Below, piece by piece: positions 1 through 9,175 of a stretch of DNA of 64,000 bases. Every line of letters starts with the position of its first letter. The stretch's first letter is position 1. Under the pieces are notes generated by a model, which was given only the letters and a program-made list of their open reading frames with translations, was not told the DNA's origin and did not search any database. The stretch is from Spirochaetia bacterium (lineage in GTDB: Bacteria > Spirochaetota > Spirochaetia > UBA9216): contig OY776510.1 of the NCBI GenBank assembly GCA_963675665.1, forward strand, positions 1,856,001 through 1,920,000. The letters run 5' to 3'. Both the position numbers and the translations under genes were made by a program.

Positions 1-771
1 TTTTCTGGTTTTTTCGGTTTCGCTTTCTGCAAGTTTCCTTTCCGTGATGTCTTCAATTAAACAAAGATTAATATTTTTACCGTTGTAGTTTTCAAGATTG
101 CGGTCAAGAGAAATCCACCGTTCATATCCCGAAGATGTCTGAAATTTTATCTCGTACGTAGCCTTGGACTTGTATGAGTCCGGAATAAAAGGCTCTTCAG
201 GGAACTCGGGATCCGCAAGTTTAAATATTTCGGCAAGCCCGCAGCTCTCCGGAATTTCATCAGGTTCGATGCATAAGATTTCATATACTTTATCGCTTAT
301 GTATGAGGTTTTTTGTCCTATTGAAATTATGAAACCCGGAAAAGATGCTTTTATAATGGTATTTGCAACCAAATCTGCTTCAATATTATTTTGTCCGTTT
401 TTTTTATTCTGTGCCGTACTGCTGTTAATGCAATAGTAATACAGGAGTTTACCTGACTCGTCAAAAATACCTTCGTTATGCCATTCTTCAACCAGAACGG
501 AACCGTCTTTTAAAATGGCGGGGAAAATGTTGTTGAACGACGGATTTTCAGGATTAATATTACGGATTTTTTTATCTAATTTTATAAAATCTTCATCAGA
601 AAGCAGAGTCCTGAGTTCAATGGATGTAATGCTGTCGTTCGGAATTCCTGTCAGTCTGGAAAAAGCCCTGTTGGCCATTATAATATGTAAATCTGCACCA
701 AGCAGGAAAAAAGGATCTGAAGTTTGATTGATAATTTTATAGAAAATATCAGACTGCAGAACAGGTTTCAT
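1..771 (-). CDS. PAS/PAC-domain sensor protein, 3' end outside the window (probably a histidine kinase or other signalling protein)
   Basis: Not in the ORF track. Manual translation from ATG 771 is open to position 1: MKPVLQSDIFYKIINQTSDPFFLL...IIMANRAFSRLTG (PAS-like) ...RWISLDR...CLIEDITERKLAE (PAC C-terminal DITERK motif). TTGTAT-17-TATAAT lies upstream. Confidence 0.8.
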   Translation of the reverse strand, partial: MKPVLQSDIFYKIINQTSDPFFLLGADLHIIMANRAFSRLTGIPNDSITSIELRTLLSDEDFIKLDKKIRNINPENPSFNNIFPAILKDGSVLVEEWHNEGIFDESGKLLYYYCINSSTAQNKKNGQNNIEADLVANTIIKASFPGFIISIGQKTSYISDKVYEILCIEPDEIPESCGLAEIFKLADPEFPEEPFIPDSYKSKATYEIKFQTSSGYERWISLDRNLENYNGKNINLCLIEDITERKLAESETEKTRK

Positions 772-848
772 ACATTAATTATTATAATTGAAATACGATT
801 TCAATACAAATATTAATAATTAGAAAATTTTATGGTGTAAAATACTTA

Positions 849-1556
849 TCATTGTCCCGGCCGGCAGTTGCCGTTCTTTATGGCATTTCTTATCGAGTTG
901 AAACTAACGGAATCAGCTTCATAAACTGTATATCTGCAGCCTATATCATCCGGGTAATGGGCATCGGAATTCTGAATCAGGGTATGTTCCGCTGTTTCAA
1001 CAGGGCAAGGCAGGGTGACTGTTTCAAGGGCGCTGTAGTGAATCGGAGGAAGAAAGCCGAGCTGTGAAGGAATGCTGAAAACCGGTTTGTCGATATGAGC
1101 GGGAATAAATAAACCGTCGTCTTCGGTGACCAACTTAAAAAGATCATCAATCGATATTTCGGCAGCGCTTACAAGGTACTTTTCAACTTCGCCGATTATG
1201 TTCTCATTCTCATCGACATAAACCTGGTCGCCGAATTTTTCCGGTTTGTTGGGAATATCGGGCAGCCTTTCGTAGATGATGCTTCCGAGTTTTTCGGCCT
1301 GTTCTGCTGTCTCAAAAAGGCAGAGTATGTGGGCTTCCTCTATGCTCGTTACTTCAATGCCGTATAGGGGGAGTATCCCGAATTCTCGGCAGCAGGAGCC
1401 GAAAGCCCTGCAGTTCAAAGCGGAATTGTGATCCGTAATTGCCGCGGCATCAATTTTGAGTTCAGCAAGTTTTTCAGCAATGGCTGCCGGAGACATCTCC
1501 AGGCTGCCGCAGGGGCTGAGGCAGGAATGTATGTGAAAGTCGGCTTTTATCAGCAA
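849..1556 (-). CDS. PHP-domain metal-dependent phosphoesterase
   Basis: DFHIHSCLSPC, AITDHNS, GIEV, HILC, PAHID and NSDAH PHP motifs. Confidence 0.9.
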   Translation of the reverse strand: MLIKADFHIHSCLSPCGSLEMSPAAIAEKLAELKIDAAAITDHNSALNCRAFGSCCREFGILPLYGIEVTSIEEAHILCLFETAEQAEKLGSIIYERLPDIPNKPEKFGDQVYVDENENIIGEVEKYLVSAAEISIDDLFKLVTEDDGLFIPAHIDKPVFSIPSQLGFLPPIHYSALETVTLPCPVETAEHTLIQNSDAHYPDDIGCRYTVYEADSVSFNSIRNAIKNGNCRPGQ

Positions 1557-1882
1557 AGCTCAAGTGCACGGGCGACTGCAAGTGAGGCTTCAAATTGATT
1601 CAGTTCAGTTTTCAGTATGGCTATGTTTTCATTTTCAGCTGCCGGTATCATATCTTCAGGGGCTGTACGGTTGTTGCAGAGAACAATCGCATTAATTCCG
1701 GCAAGAGATGATACAGCTACAGTATTTTTATGCGCCTGTATGGTAATCAGTACCGAATCTTCAGGAGCGTTACCCATCACATCGGAAAGAAGATCCGAGG
1801 TATAGGCTGCAACGATTTCCTTGTCCGGACATTTTGTCAGTAATTCAAAACCGAGCTTTTCTTTTAGATTCATTATTTTCAT
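1550..1882 (-). CDS. DRTGG-domain protein
   Basis: AYTSDLLSDVMGNA...VLITIQAHKNTVAVS, typical of stand-alone DRTGG proteins. Confidence 0.8.
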   Translation of the reverse strand: MKIMNLKEKLGFELLTKCPDKEIVAAYTSDLLSDVMGNAPEDSVLITIQAHKNTVAVSSLAGINAIVLCNNRTAPEDMIPAAENENIAILKTELNQFEASLAVARALELC

Positions 1883-1890
1883 ACGGTATT

Positions 1891-2841
1891 TTATATTTTT
1901 TTAGGTTGATTGTCGAGTGAACCTGTATTGGCAGGCAGGTTTATAACAACCCTTATTTCAGTTCCGGATTCTGATGAGTTTATCACAAACTCATCAGATA
2001 CGCGTTTAATATTGGGCAGGCCCATTCCTGCGCCGAACCCCATCGAACGGATCCAGTCGGTTGCCGTAGAATAACCTTCGCTTAAAGCCAGATCGACATC
2101 AACTATTCCCGGACCGCGGTCGCGTGCAAGAATCTCAACATATTCATCTGAAATTCTGCAAAGAATTTCACCCCCGAGAGAATGAACAACCTGGTTGATT
2201 TCAAGTTCATATATAGCTGTAGCAACAGATCTGATGGTTTTTCGATCAACTTCATGTTCCCGTAAAATGGATTTTATTTCACTGGCGGCCTTTCCGGCGT
2301 TCTTGAAATCATTTTGAACAACTGCGTACCGCCTTATAATATTTCCTATTTCCGTATGGGCGCCGTCTCTGGCCAGCTCTTCAAGTCTCTGGATTTCACG
2401 ATTCATTACATTGATCATGTGCATAATAATATCGCGCCCGGTCAGCATACCGACAAGTTCCTTGTTTTCGTTTAAAACCGGAAAACGGTTGAAGCTGTAG
2501 TTTTCAAAATAATCGATCGCAAAACTGACCGGCATTTGCTCTTCGATAATAACCGGATTGCGCGACATATGTTTTTCAACAGTATCTTCCATATGACCTG
2601 CTTCAAGCGCATTCAGCAGATCCTCTACACTGATTATGCCTATAAGCCGCTTGTTCTGAACCACCGGCATTCCGCTGATTCCCCGTTCTTTCATCATTGT
2701 TTTTACTTCACGCATTGTGACATCAGGTGTTACGCTGATTACGTTTCGAGACATTATTTCGGATATTTTATGACCCTGAATCAGTTCGAGAACAATCAGC
2801 GGTTTCTGATTTTCATATACGGGAATGAATTTCTTAATCAT
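1891..2841 (-). CDS. CBS-pair protein fused to an RsbT-like anti-sigma Ser/Thr kinase (HATPase)
   Basis: Two CBS repeats (ISGMPVV..LIGIIS; FNRFPVL..LVGMLT), then YELEINQVVHSLGG, DRGPGI, EGYSTA and GFGAGMGLPNIKR. Confidence 0.85.
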   Translation of the reverse strand: MIKKFIPVYENQKPLIVLELIQGHKISEIMSRNVISVTPDVTMREVKTMMKERGISGMPVVQNKRLIGIISVEDLLNALEAGHMEDTVEKHMSRNPVIIEEQMPVSFAIDYFENYSFNRFPVLNENKELVGMLTGRDIIMHMINVMNREIQRLEELARDGAHTEIGNIIRRYAVVQNDFKNAGKAASEIKSILREHEVDRKTIRSVATAIYELEINQVVHSLGGEILCRISDEYVEILARDRGPGIVDVDLALSEGYSTATDWIRSMGFGAGMGLPNIKRVSDEFVINSSESGTEIRVVINLPANTGSLDNQPKKI

Positions 2842-3199
2842 GGTCTCCGTTCAGCAGGGAATGCACTAAAAAGCAGGATTTATACATGGTTAATTCTGTT
2901 GATAAAAGTGTAATGTCAAACTCTTTGGCAAGTTTAATCATCCCCGGTTGAGGTTTTTTTCCGTTTATAAGCAGAATTCCGAGAGCGTCTACAATATTGG
3001 CTGTTCGGATAGTTTGTTCCGTGTTTAGAGCTGTTATTAAAAGAAGGTTTTCTTCTTCCGCTACAAGAACTTCGCTCATCAGGTCGCTTGCGGCAACATG
3101 CTCAACTGATGATGTGGAGTAGTTGCTGCTTATGTTGAATTCTCTGCATGAAAGCGCGCCGGCGATATGTTCAATAGTTATCATAAATCCATTTTCCAT
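2834..3199 (-). CDS. DRTGG-domain protein
   Basis: AASDLMSEVL...LLITALNTEQTIRTA...GKKP. Confidence 0.8.
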   Translation of the reverse strand: MENGFMITIEHIAGALSCREFNISSNYSTSSVEHVAASDLMSEVLVAEEENLLLITALNTEQTIRTANIVDALGILLINGKKPQPGMIKLAKEFDITLLSTELTMYKSCFLVHSLLNGDHD

Positions 3200-3358
3200 T
3201 ATTTGAGGATTGAGGTCAACTATCGTTTGGATGTTGTTGTTTTAACAGCAGTTACAGCTTTGCGGAAAAACTCTTTTGTAATAGCCGTATATGAGTTATA
3301 ATTATTTTATAGATACAAATGTATCTTTAAATTTCTTTTCAACAAACAGGAGCAATCA

Positions 3359-4324
3359 ATGAAACGTTTTTTTTGCTCCGTCATCATCTTTTCTGTTCTG
3401 ACAATGTCTCTTATGGCGGAAAAACCGGTTACAACCGTACTTGACTTTCAAACGAACGGTATATCTGAAAATGATATGAAATCAATAATTTCCTTTCTGT
3501 CTGCCGAACTTTTTGCTACGGGAAAATACAGGGTTATCGATACTGCTCAGCGTGAGACCATACTACATGAGCTTGAGTTCTCGGCTTCCGGCTGTACCGA
3601 TGAAAGCTGCCAGCTTGAAATAGGCAAACTGCTTTCGGCCGAGTATATTGTAGTCGGTGATATTGCGGTTGTAGGTACCCGTTATATACTTTCCGCCAGA
3701 ATTCTTGAAACTGAAACCTCCGAAACAACCGGAATAGCCAGGGGCGTCTATAAGAACTTTGATGAGCTTGTGGATGATATGTCTTTATTCGCCGCCGGGC
3801 TTTCGGAAAACAGTGAAACAGTTTCTGCTGAACCGGGGCTCGATGCTGCTGTAGAGCCTGAACCTGCCGGGACCGTAGAGCCTGCGGTTTTAACGGAAGA
3901 AGAACCGGTAGCCGAAAAAACCGCGGCAATACCTTCAGGCAGGCGGACAGTCTGGGCCTGGTCGACTATGGGCGTCGGCGTTGCTGCAGCGGGACTCGGC
4001 GGGTATTTAATGTATTCAGCATTCAGTTATAAAACGTCAACAGTAGATCCTGCCTATACCGCTTACATTGAAGCGGAATCAGATACTTTTGAAACCTCGG
4101 CAATAGATTATTATAACGATTTTTGGACAGCCTACGATTCCGCATACAGCAAGTTTGCAGGAAAGCTTATTCTTTCATCAGTACTTTCCGGTGTCGGGCT
4201 GGTATCTGTCGGAGTATCGGTCTATTTATTTTTAACCGATGCAAAAGATGACGATCCGGAAATATCATTATTATTTCTGCCTGCAAATGACGCGGCAACG
4301 GTTTCGTTCAGGATAAGGAAGTAG
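3359..4324 (+). CDS. Exported CsgG/HfaB-like-domain protein with a C-terminal hydrophobic/membrane region
   Basis: Signal peptide; TVLDF, GKYRVIDTAQRETILHELEFSASGCTDESCQLEIGKLLSAEYIVVG; two Gly-rich hydrophobic segments; GGAG RBS. Confidence 0.75.
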   Translation: MKRFFCSVIIFSVLTMSLMAEKPVTTVLDFQTNGISENDMKSIISFLSAELFATGKYRVIDTAQRETILHELEFSASGCTDESCQLEIGKLLSAEYIVVGDIAVVGTRYILSARILETETSETTGIARGVYKNFDELVDDMSLFAAGLSENSETVSAEPGLDAAVEPEPAGTVEPAVLTEEEPVAEKTAAIPSGRRTVWAWSTMGVGVAAAGLGGYLMYSAFSYKTSTVDPAYTAYIEAESDTFETSAIDYYNDFWTAYDSAYSKFAGKLILSSVLSGVGLVSVGVSVYLFLTDAKDDDPEISLLFLPANDAATVSFRIRK

Positions 4325-4333
4325 GTGGTTATT

Positions 4334-6091
4334 ATGAAATTAGTCAAAAGTATTATAATAGTTTCTGCTGCCGTACAGCTGATTTTTTTCGGCTGTAAAC
4401 TGCCGCGTGATAATATAAATGATCCCCTTTCTCCCGCCAATGATGATGGTAAATCTCCGGCAATAGTAAGCATAACCCCGGCCGGCGGTGCCGCCGATGT
4501 CAGCTCGGATACGTCCATCGTTGTGACCTTTTCCGAAACTATGGATAGAACTTCAGTTGAAGCTGCATTCAGCCTGGCAGGTACTGGTTCCGTCAGCGGA
4601 ACATTCAGCTGGGCAGTTGCTGATACTGTTATGACATTTACGCCTGATGATCTGCTTGCATACTATCAAAACCATTCAGTAGTCATCAGCTCGGACTCAG
4701 CTGATGCGTTCGGCAACAAGCTGGCTACGGACTGGTCAGGCGATTTTACAAGCAGCGGGGCTGCCGGAAGGCTTGATACGGACTTTAACGGACAGGGATA
4801 TGTACTACATCACAATGCGGCCGGCGGAAACGGTACCGATTCGGGAAACGATATTGTAATAGATAATAACGGGAAACTTGTTATAACCGGTCACAGCGAC
4901 AATGCCGCGGGGAATAAGGACATGGTCATCTGGCGATATAACAGCAACGGGAGTCTCGATACTACATTCAATTCTCCGAACGGCTATGTAGTTCATGACA
5001 ATGCTGCAGGCGGCGGGGGTGATGATTATGGCAACGGGATTGCGATAGATACCGACGGCAATATTGTCGTATGCGGCTACAGTTTTAATGCCTCCGGCGA
5101 TGAGGATATGGTGATTTGGCGGTATAACAGCAGCGGGAGCCTCGATACAACATTCAATTCTCCGAACGGCTATGCAGTTCACGGTAATGCAGCGGGGGGC
5201 AACGGAGCGGATATAGGCAATGATATTGCTGCAAATAACACTGGTAAGATTATCGTTACGGGAGAAAGCATGAATGATACCCCCGGTGTTTTCAGAGATA
5301 TGGTAATCTGGCAGTATAACAGCGATGGAACTCTTGATACAGGCGGGTTTAACTCTCCGGAAGGTTATACATTATTTAACAGTGTTGGAGGAGCCGGCGG
5401 GAGCGGTGAATACCGGGACTATGGATACGATATCACACTGAGCAGCAGCGGCAAAATCCTTGTGGCAGGAAAAAATTACACTTATGTCCCCGATCCGGAT
5501 GAAGAGGACATGATGCTTTGGAGGTACGACACCGACGGAGGTCTTGATGATTCCTTCAACGGTCAGGGCTGGGCAACGCACGACAATGCAGCCGGCGGAA
5601 ACGGGTTTGATTTGGCCTACGGAGTAGCGATTGACCGTGACAGCAGGATTCTTGTAACCGGTAACAGCCACAGCGGCGCAAGCTATGATATGGCGACCTG
5701 GCGCTACAACAGTAACGGGACAATTGATACGACATTTAACGGACAGGGCTGGGTAACTCACCATGATGCAGCCGGCGGAAACGGTTATGACACCGGTGGA
5801 ATTGTATCTGATGATTCAGGTGGAAAGATAGTGGTGGCAGGTAAAAGCATCAGTGAGGATTATGATGAGGATATCGCGATCTGGCGATATAATCACGACG
5901 GAAGCCTTGATACCAGCTTCGGCGCTGTTGATAATAAATGCGGGTGGGTAACTCACAACTCCGCCGCCGGAGGAAATTCTTCTGAGTCAGCTAATGGTAT
6001 GGTATTCGATTCCGATGGGAAAATCGTCCTTGTCGGCAGCAGTAAAAATGCCTCAGGCAATTCCGATATGGTGATCTGGCGGTATGAATAG
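4334..6091 (+). CDS. Lipoprotein with an SbsA/Big_5 Ig-like domain and a delta-60-type repeat beta-propeller
   Basis: Lipobox IFFGC; PAIVSITPAGGA..IVVTFSETMD..TFTP Ig domain; about 7 repeats DMVIWRYNxxGxLDTTFN. ATG 4334 preferred over GTG 4325. Confidence 0.85.
   Translation: MKLVKSIIIVSAAVQLIFFGCKLPRDNINDPLSPANDDGKSPAIVSITPAGGAADVSSDTSIVVTFSETMDRTSVEAAFSLAGTGSVSGTFSWAVADTVMTFTPDDLLAYYQNHSVVISSDSADAFGNKLATDWSGDFTSSGAAGRLDTDFNGQGYVLHHNAAGGNGTDSGNDIVIDNNGKLVITGHSDNAAGNKDMVIWRYNSNGSLDTTFNSPNGYVVHDNAAGGGGDDYGNGIAIDTDGNIVVCGYSFNASGDEDMVIWRYNSSGSLDTTFNSPNGYAVHGNAAGGNGADIGNDIAANNTGKIIVTGESMNDTPGVFRDMVIWQYNSDGTLDTGGFNSPEGYTLFNSVGGAGGSGEYRDYGYDITLSSSGKILVAGKNYTYVPDPDEEDMMLWRYDTDGGLDDSFNGQGWATHDNAAGGNGFDLAYGVAIDRDSRILVTGNSHSGASYDMATWRYNSNGTIDTTFNGQGWVTHHDAAGGNGYDTGGIVSDDSGGKIVVAGKSISEDYDEDIAIWRYNHDGSLDTSFGAVDNKCGWVTHNSAAGGNSSESANGMVFDSDGKIVLVGSSKNASGNSDMVIWRYE
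4765..6088 (+). repeat. Intragenic tandem repeat, about 7 units of about 60 aa (beta-propeller blades)
   Basis: Recurring LDTxFNxxxGxxxHxNAAGGNGxD...GKIxVxG...DMxIWRY; near-identical DNA ctcgatacwacattcaattctccgaacggctatg at about 4955 and 5141. Confidence 0.85.
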
Positions 6092-6165
6092 AAAATAAAC
6101 GGATTGGTAAAAATTGTATCAACTTTTCAGGTCTGTATCTGTTTAAATTATATAGAGGAATTATT

Positions 6166-6933
6166 ATGACCAAAATGATTGTAGCCTTTCTGAGCGTTTT
6201 TATTCTCGTTATCGCCGTGCTTATTACAGTTTTTCATATAACGGGCAATATGAGTATTTTTTTCATATCGACCTGGGTTCCGACACTCTCCGCGGTAATT
6301 GCCTTGCTTGTAATCCGGCAGAGTGCAGAGCTTAAGACGCTTTTAAGCTCAATTCGTTTTAATGCAGGGCTGCTGCGTGTGCTTCCGATGCTGCTTTTGA
6401 CCGCCGCCCTGATAATTGCCGCTCTTATTGTGTTTGTAAAGGGCTATGGGCTGAAAACACCGTACAGTCTGCAGCAGGCGCTTTTAAATATTCCGATGAT
6501 GCTTTTTACCGGGGCGCTGGGCGAAGAGCTCGGCTGGCGCGGGGTTTTTCTTAAGCAGCTGCTTAAAAAGACCTACTTTATTTTAGCGGCTGCCGTGATG
6601 GGCGCGCTCTGGGCCGCTTCGCATCTGCCGCTCTGGCTGATGCCGGAGCTTGAGTCAATGGGATATGCCGGCAACCCCTTTCTGCTGTTTACGGCGGCGC
6701 TGATCGGAGGCTCGTTTATCTACACATGGGTATACATCTACAGCGGAGGAAATCTGCTTTCCTGCATCATTCTTCATTTTATCCAGAACTATCTTCTTGC
6801 ATTCACAATCAATCTGAATACTGAGCCTTCGAATTTCTTTGCCGTATATACGGTAATTAACCTTGTTCTGGCAATTATTATCGTCGCTAACCGGAGGAAA
6901 GTGGAAGAGAAAAAACTGGATCTTTTCGGATGA
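6166..6933 (+). CDS. CPBP (Abi/CAAX) family intramembrane metalloprotease
   Basis: GEELGWRG, WAASHLP and ILHFIQN motifs; multi-TM. Confidence 0.9.
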   Translation: MTKMIVAFLSVFILVIAVLITVFHITGNMSIFFISTWVPTLSAVIALLVIRQSAELKTLLSSIRFNAGLLRVLPMLLLTAALIIAALIVFVKGYGLKTPYSLQQALLNIPMMLFTGALGEELGWRGVFLKQLLKKTYFILAAAVMGALWAASHLPLWLMPELESMGYAGNPFLLFTAALIGGSFIYTWVYIYSGGNLLSCIILHFIQNYLLAFTINLNTEPSNFFAVYTVINLVLAIIIVANRRKVEEKKLDLFG

Positions 6934-7002
6934 ACAGTCTCAATCTAAATATGTTTTATTATATGTTTGACATTACAGGCAAAATCATTAAATATAATAA
7001 GT

Positions 7003-7986
7003 ATGGAAAAAGCTAAACCCAAAAAGCCTTTAATATTAAAACAGAAAGTAATGAATCAGGTCCTGTTTGCACTGATTCCCGTTTCATTGTTTTCTGTTTA
7101 TCTGTTCGGATGGCGTTCGCTGACCTTGCTTGCGGTTGTTAATGCGGCAGGGTTTCTGAGTGAATTCGTTTTTGCCAAAATTTATAAAAAACAGGTTTCG
7201 ACGGCCGTTTTCGTCTCCAATTTTCTTTTTGCGCTGTCGCTTCCGCCGGCCGTGCCTTACTGGATAGCGGTAGTCGGTATTGTATTCGGCATTGTGTTCG
7301 GCAAGATGGTATTCGGCGGTTTCGGCCGCAACGTTTTTAATCCGGCAATATCGGGAAGGGCCTTTGTTTATATCAGTTTCGGCGCCCCCATGACGGCCTC
7401 GTTTGTTCAGCCTGCTTCAGGTTTCCCGGGCGGTTTTGCCCAATGGCTTTCCGGCGCAGACGCCGTATCGAGGGCCACCCCGTTATTTGAGTTCAATTCG
7501 GGCGGCGAAGTGCCCCTGCTTAATCTGATAACGGGACTGACGTCGGGGTCGCTAGGCGAAACAAGCGCGATACTCATTGCTGCCGCTGCGATATTTCTGA
7601 TTATCCGTAAAGCGGCAAACTGGCGTATTATTGTTTCAGGTCTTGCGGGGTTTCTTGTCCTGCAGACAATACTGTATCTTGCCGGTGTTGATGCTGCATT
7701 GAATCCCCTGAGCAGTCTTTTCTGCGGAAGCCTGATGTACGGAATTGTCTTTATGGCCACCGATCCGATTTCTTCATCGCAGACAACCGATACGGGACGA
7801 TGGATATACGGAGCCCTGATCGGTGTTCTGATTTCACTGATAAGGGTTTTTTCGATATGGATAGAAGCTGTAACCTTTGCGATACTTCTTGCTAATATGT
7901 TTGCGCCGCTTCTTGATCATATTCTTAAAGAACAGAAGAAAAAACGCAAAGCCGGAGGCGGCACCTCGCAGGGAGGTGTTGCATGA
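7003..7986 (+). CDS. nqrB: NqrB/RnfD-family membrane flavoprotein subunit
   Basis: GKMVFGGFGRNVFNPA, FMN site DAVSRATPL, GSLGETS, FMATDP; ATG 7003 preferred. Confidence 0.8.
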   Translation: MEKAKPKKPLILKQKVMNQVLFALIPVSLFSVYLFGWRSLTLLAVVNAAGFLSEFVFAKIYKKQVSTAVFVSNFLFALSLPPAVPYWIAVVGIVFGIVFGKMVFGGFGRNVFNPAISGRAFVYISFGAPMTASFVQPASGFPGGFAQWLSGADAVSRATPLFEFNSGGEVPLLNLITGLTSGSLGETSAILIAAAAIFLIIRKAANWRIIVSGLAGFLVLQTILYLAGVDAALNPLSSLFCGSLMYGIVFMATDPISSSQTTDTGRWIYGALIGVLISLIRVFSIWIEAVTFAILLANMFAPLLDHILKEQKKKRKAGGGTSQGGVA

Positions 7987-8582
7987 AACAGCCGTCATTC
8001 TTTTCCGAGAGAATCAAACCTGTAATTATAATGGCTGTGATGACCATTATCTGTATTGCGCTTGTGTCGGGAATCCACCTTTCAACGCAGGACCTTGTTA
8101 TAGCGAATGAAGGTCTTGTTCTTAAAAAAGCGGTGCTGTACGCGGCAGGCATAGAGCTGCCTGAAACTAATTCGGGAGTAAATGATCTTTATGATCAAAT
8201 GGTGGTTGAGAAAGGCGAACTCTTTCTTGTGAATGATTCGGCAGGCAAAATCAAAGCCGTGGCTTTTATTACTGCAGGACCGGGTCTCTGGGGAGAGATT
8301 GAGGTGGTTACAGCATTCGACGCGGAGCTTGAATCATTTGCGGGAGTTGAATTCATAAAGCAGAATGAAACGCCGGGACTCGGGGCCAGGATAACCGAAG
8401 AATGGTTCAAGGAGCAGCTCCGGGACAAGGTCCCGCCGCTGACTATGGTTCCCGAGGGCACCGCTGCGGCTGAAAGCGAGATTGACGCTATAACCGGCGC
8501 AACGCGTACAAGCAGGTATGTGCTTCAGCTTTTTAATGATGCCGGTCTGCGCGCGGCTGAACTTTCAAAGGAGGGCTTCTGA
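7983..8582 (+). CDS. nqrC: NqrC/RnfG-family FMN-binding subunit
   Basis: GPGLWG, NETPGLGARI, DAITGATRTS. Confidence 0.85.
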   Translation: MKQPSFFSERIKPVIIMAVMTIICIALVSGIHLSTQDLVIANEGLVLKKAVLYAAGIELPETNSGVNDLYDQMVVEKGELFLVNDSAGKIKAVAFITAGPGLWGEIEVVTAFDAELESFAGVEFIKQNETPGLGARITEEWFKEQLRDKVPPLTMVPEGTAAAESEIDAITGATRTSRYVLQLFNDAGLRAAELSKEGF

Positions 8583-9175
8583 TGACCTCAAAAATTGCCA
8601 AAACATTTACTGCGCCTTTGGGAAAGGAAAACCCGGTTTTTGTACAGATCCTGGGAATTTGTTCTACCCTTGCTGTGACTAACAAGCTTGAGAATACGAT
8701 AGTAATGGTTCTGGGGGTAATTTTCACGACAACCTTGTCGTCTTTTACCTTTTCGATTCTTCGAAAAGTAATTCCGGGCCGAATACGAATGATGGTTGAA
8801 ACCCTTATAATAGCAACCTATGTAATAATTGTTGATATTGTTCTTAAAGCGTACATGCCGGAAATCTGGCAGCAGCTTGGACCGTATGTAGGGCTTATTA
8901 TCACCAACTGTATTGTAATGGGACGCATGGAGGCCTTTGCGGCAAGCAATCCTCCCGGATTGAGTCTGATCGACGGGCTTTCTTCGGGTATCGGATATGC
9001 CTATGTTCTTGTTATTATTGCTTTTTTCAGGGAGCTTCTCGGTTCGGGTACTATTCTGGGCATGTCGGTTTTCGGCAGCTGGTGGACAAACTGGGCAATT
9101 ATGATAATGCCGCCCGGAGCTTTTTTCATGCTGGCTATTTTTATCTGGATAGTTAAAGGGAGGATAAAAGAATGA
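8582..9175 (+). CDS. nqrD: NqrD/RnfE-family subunit
   Basis: NPVFVQILGICSTLAVT, VGLIITNCIVMGRMEAFA, PPGAFF. Confidence 0.9.
   Translation: MTSKIAKTFTAPLGKENPVFVQILGICSTLAVTNKLENTIVMVLGVIFTTTLSSFTFSILRKVIPGRIRMMVETLIIATYVIIVDIVLKAYMPEIWQQLGPYVGLIITNCIVMGRMEAFAASNPPGLSLIDGLSSGIGYAYVLVIIAFFRELLGSGTILGMSVFGSWWTNWAIMIMPPGAFFMLAIFIWIVKGRIKE

Noticed and set aside
3359-4324. True curli secretion (csg) operon
   Set aside because: No curlin-repeat CsgA/B or CsgE/F. Only the CsgG-like domain is shared.
4765-6088. CRISPR-like periodic repeats
   Set aside because: The repeats are in-frame coding units of about 180-190 bp with no repeat-spacer structure and no cas genes.
6166-6933. Abi protease as a phage-defence or bacteriocin-immunity gene
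   Set aside because: CPBP proteases are common, and no bacteriocin or defence genes are adjacent.
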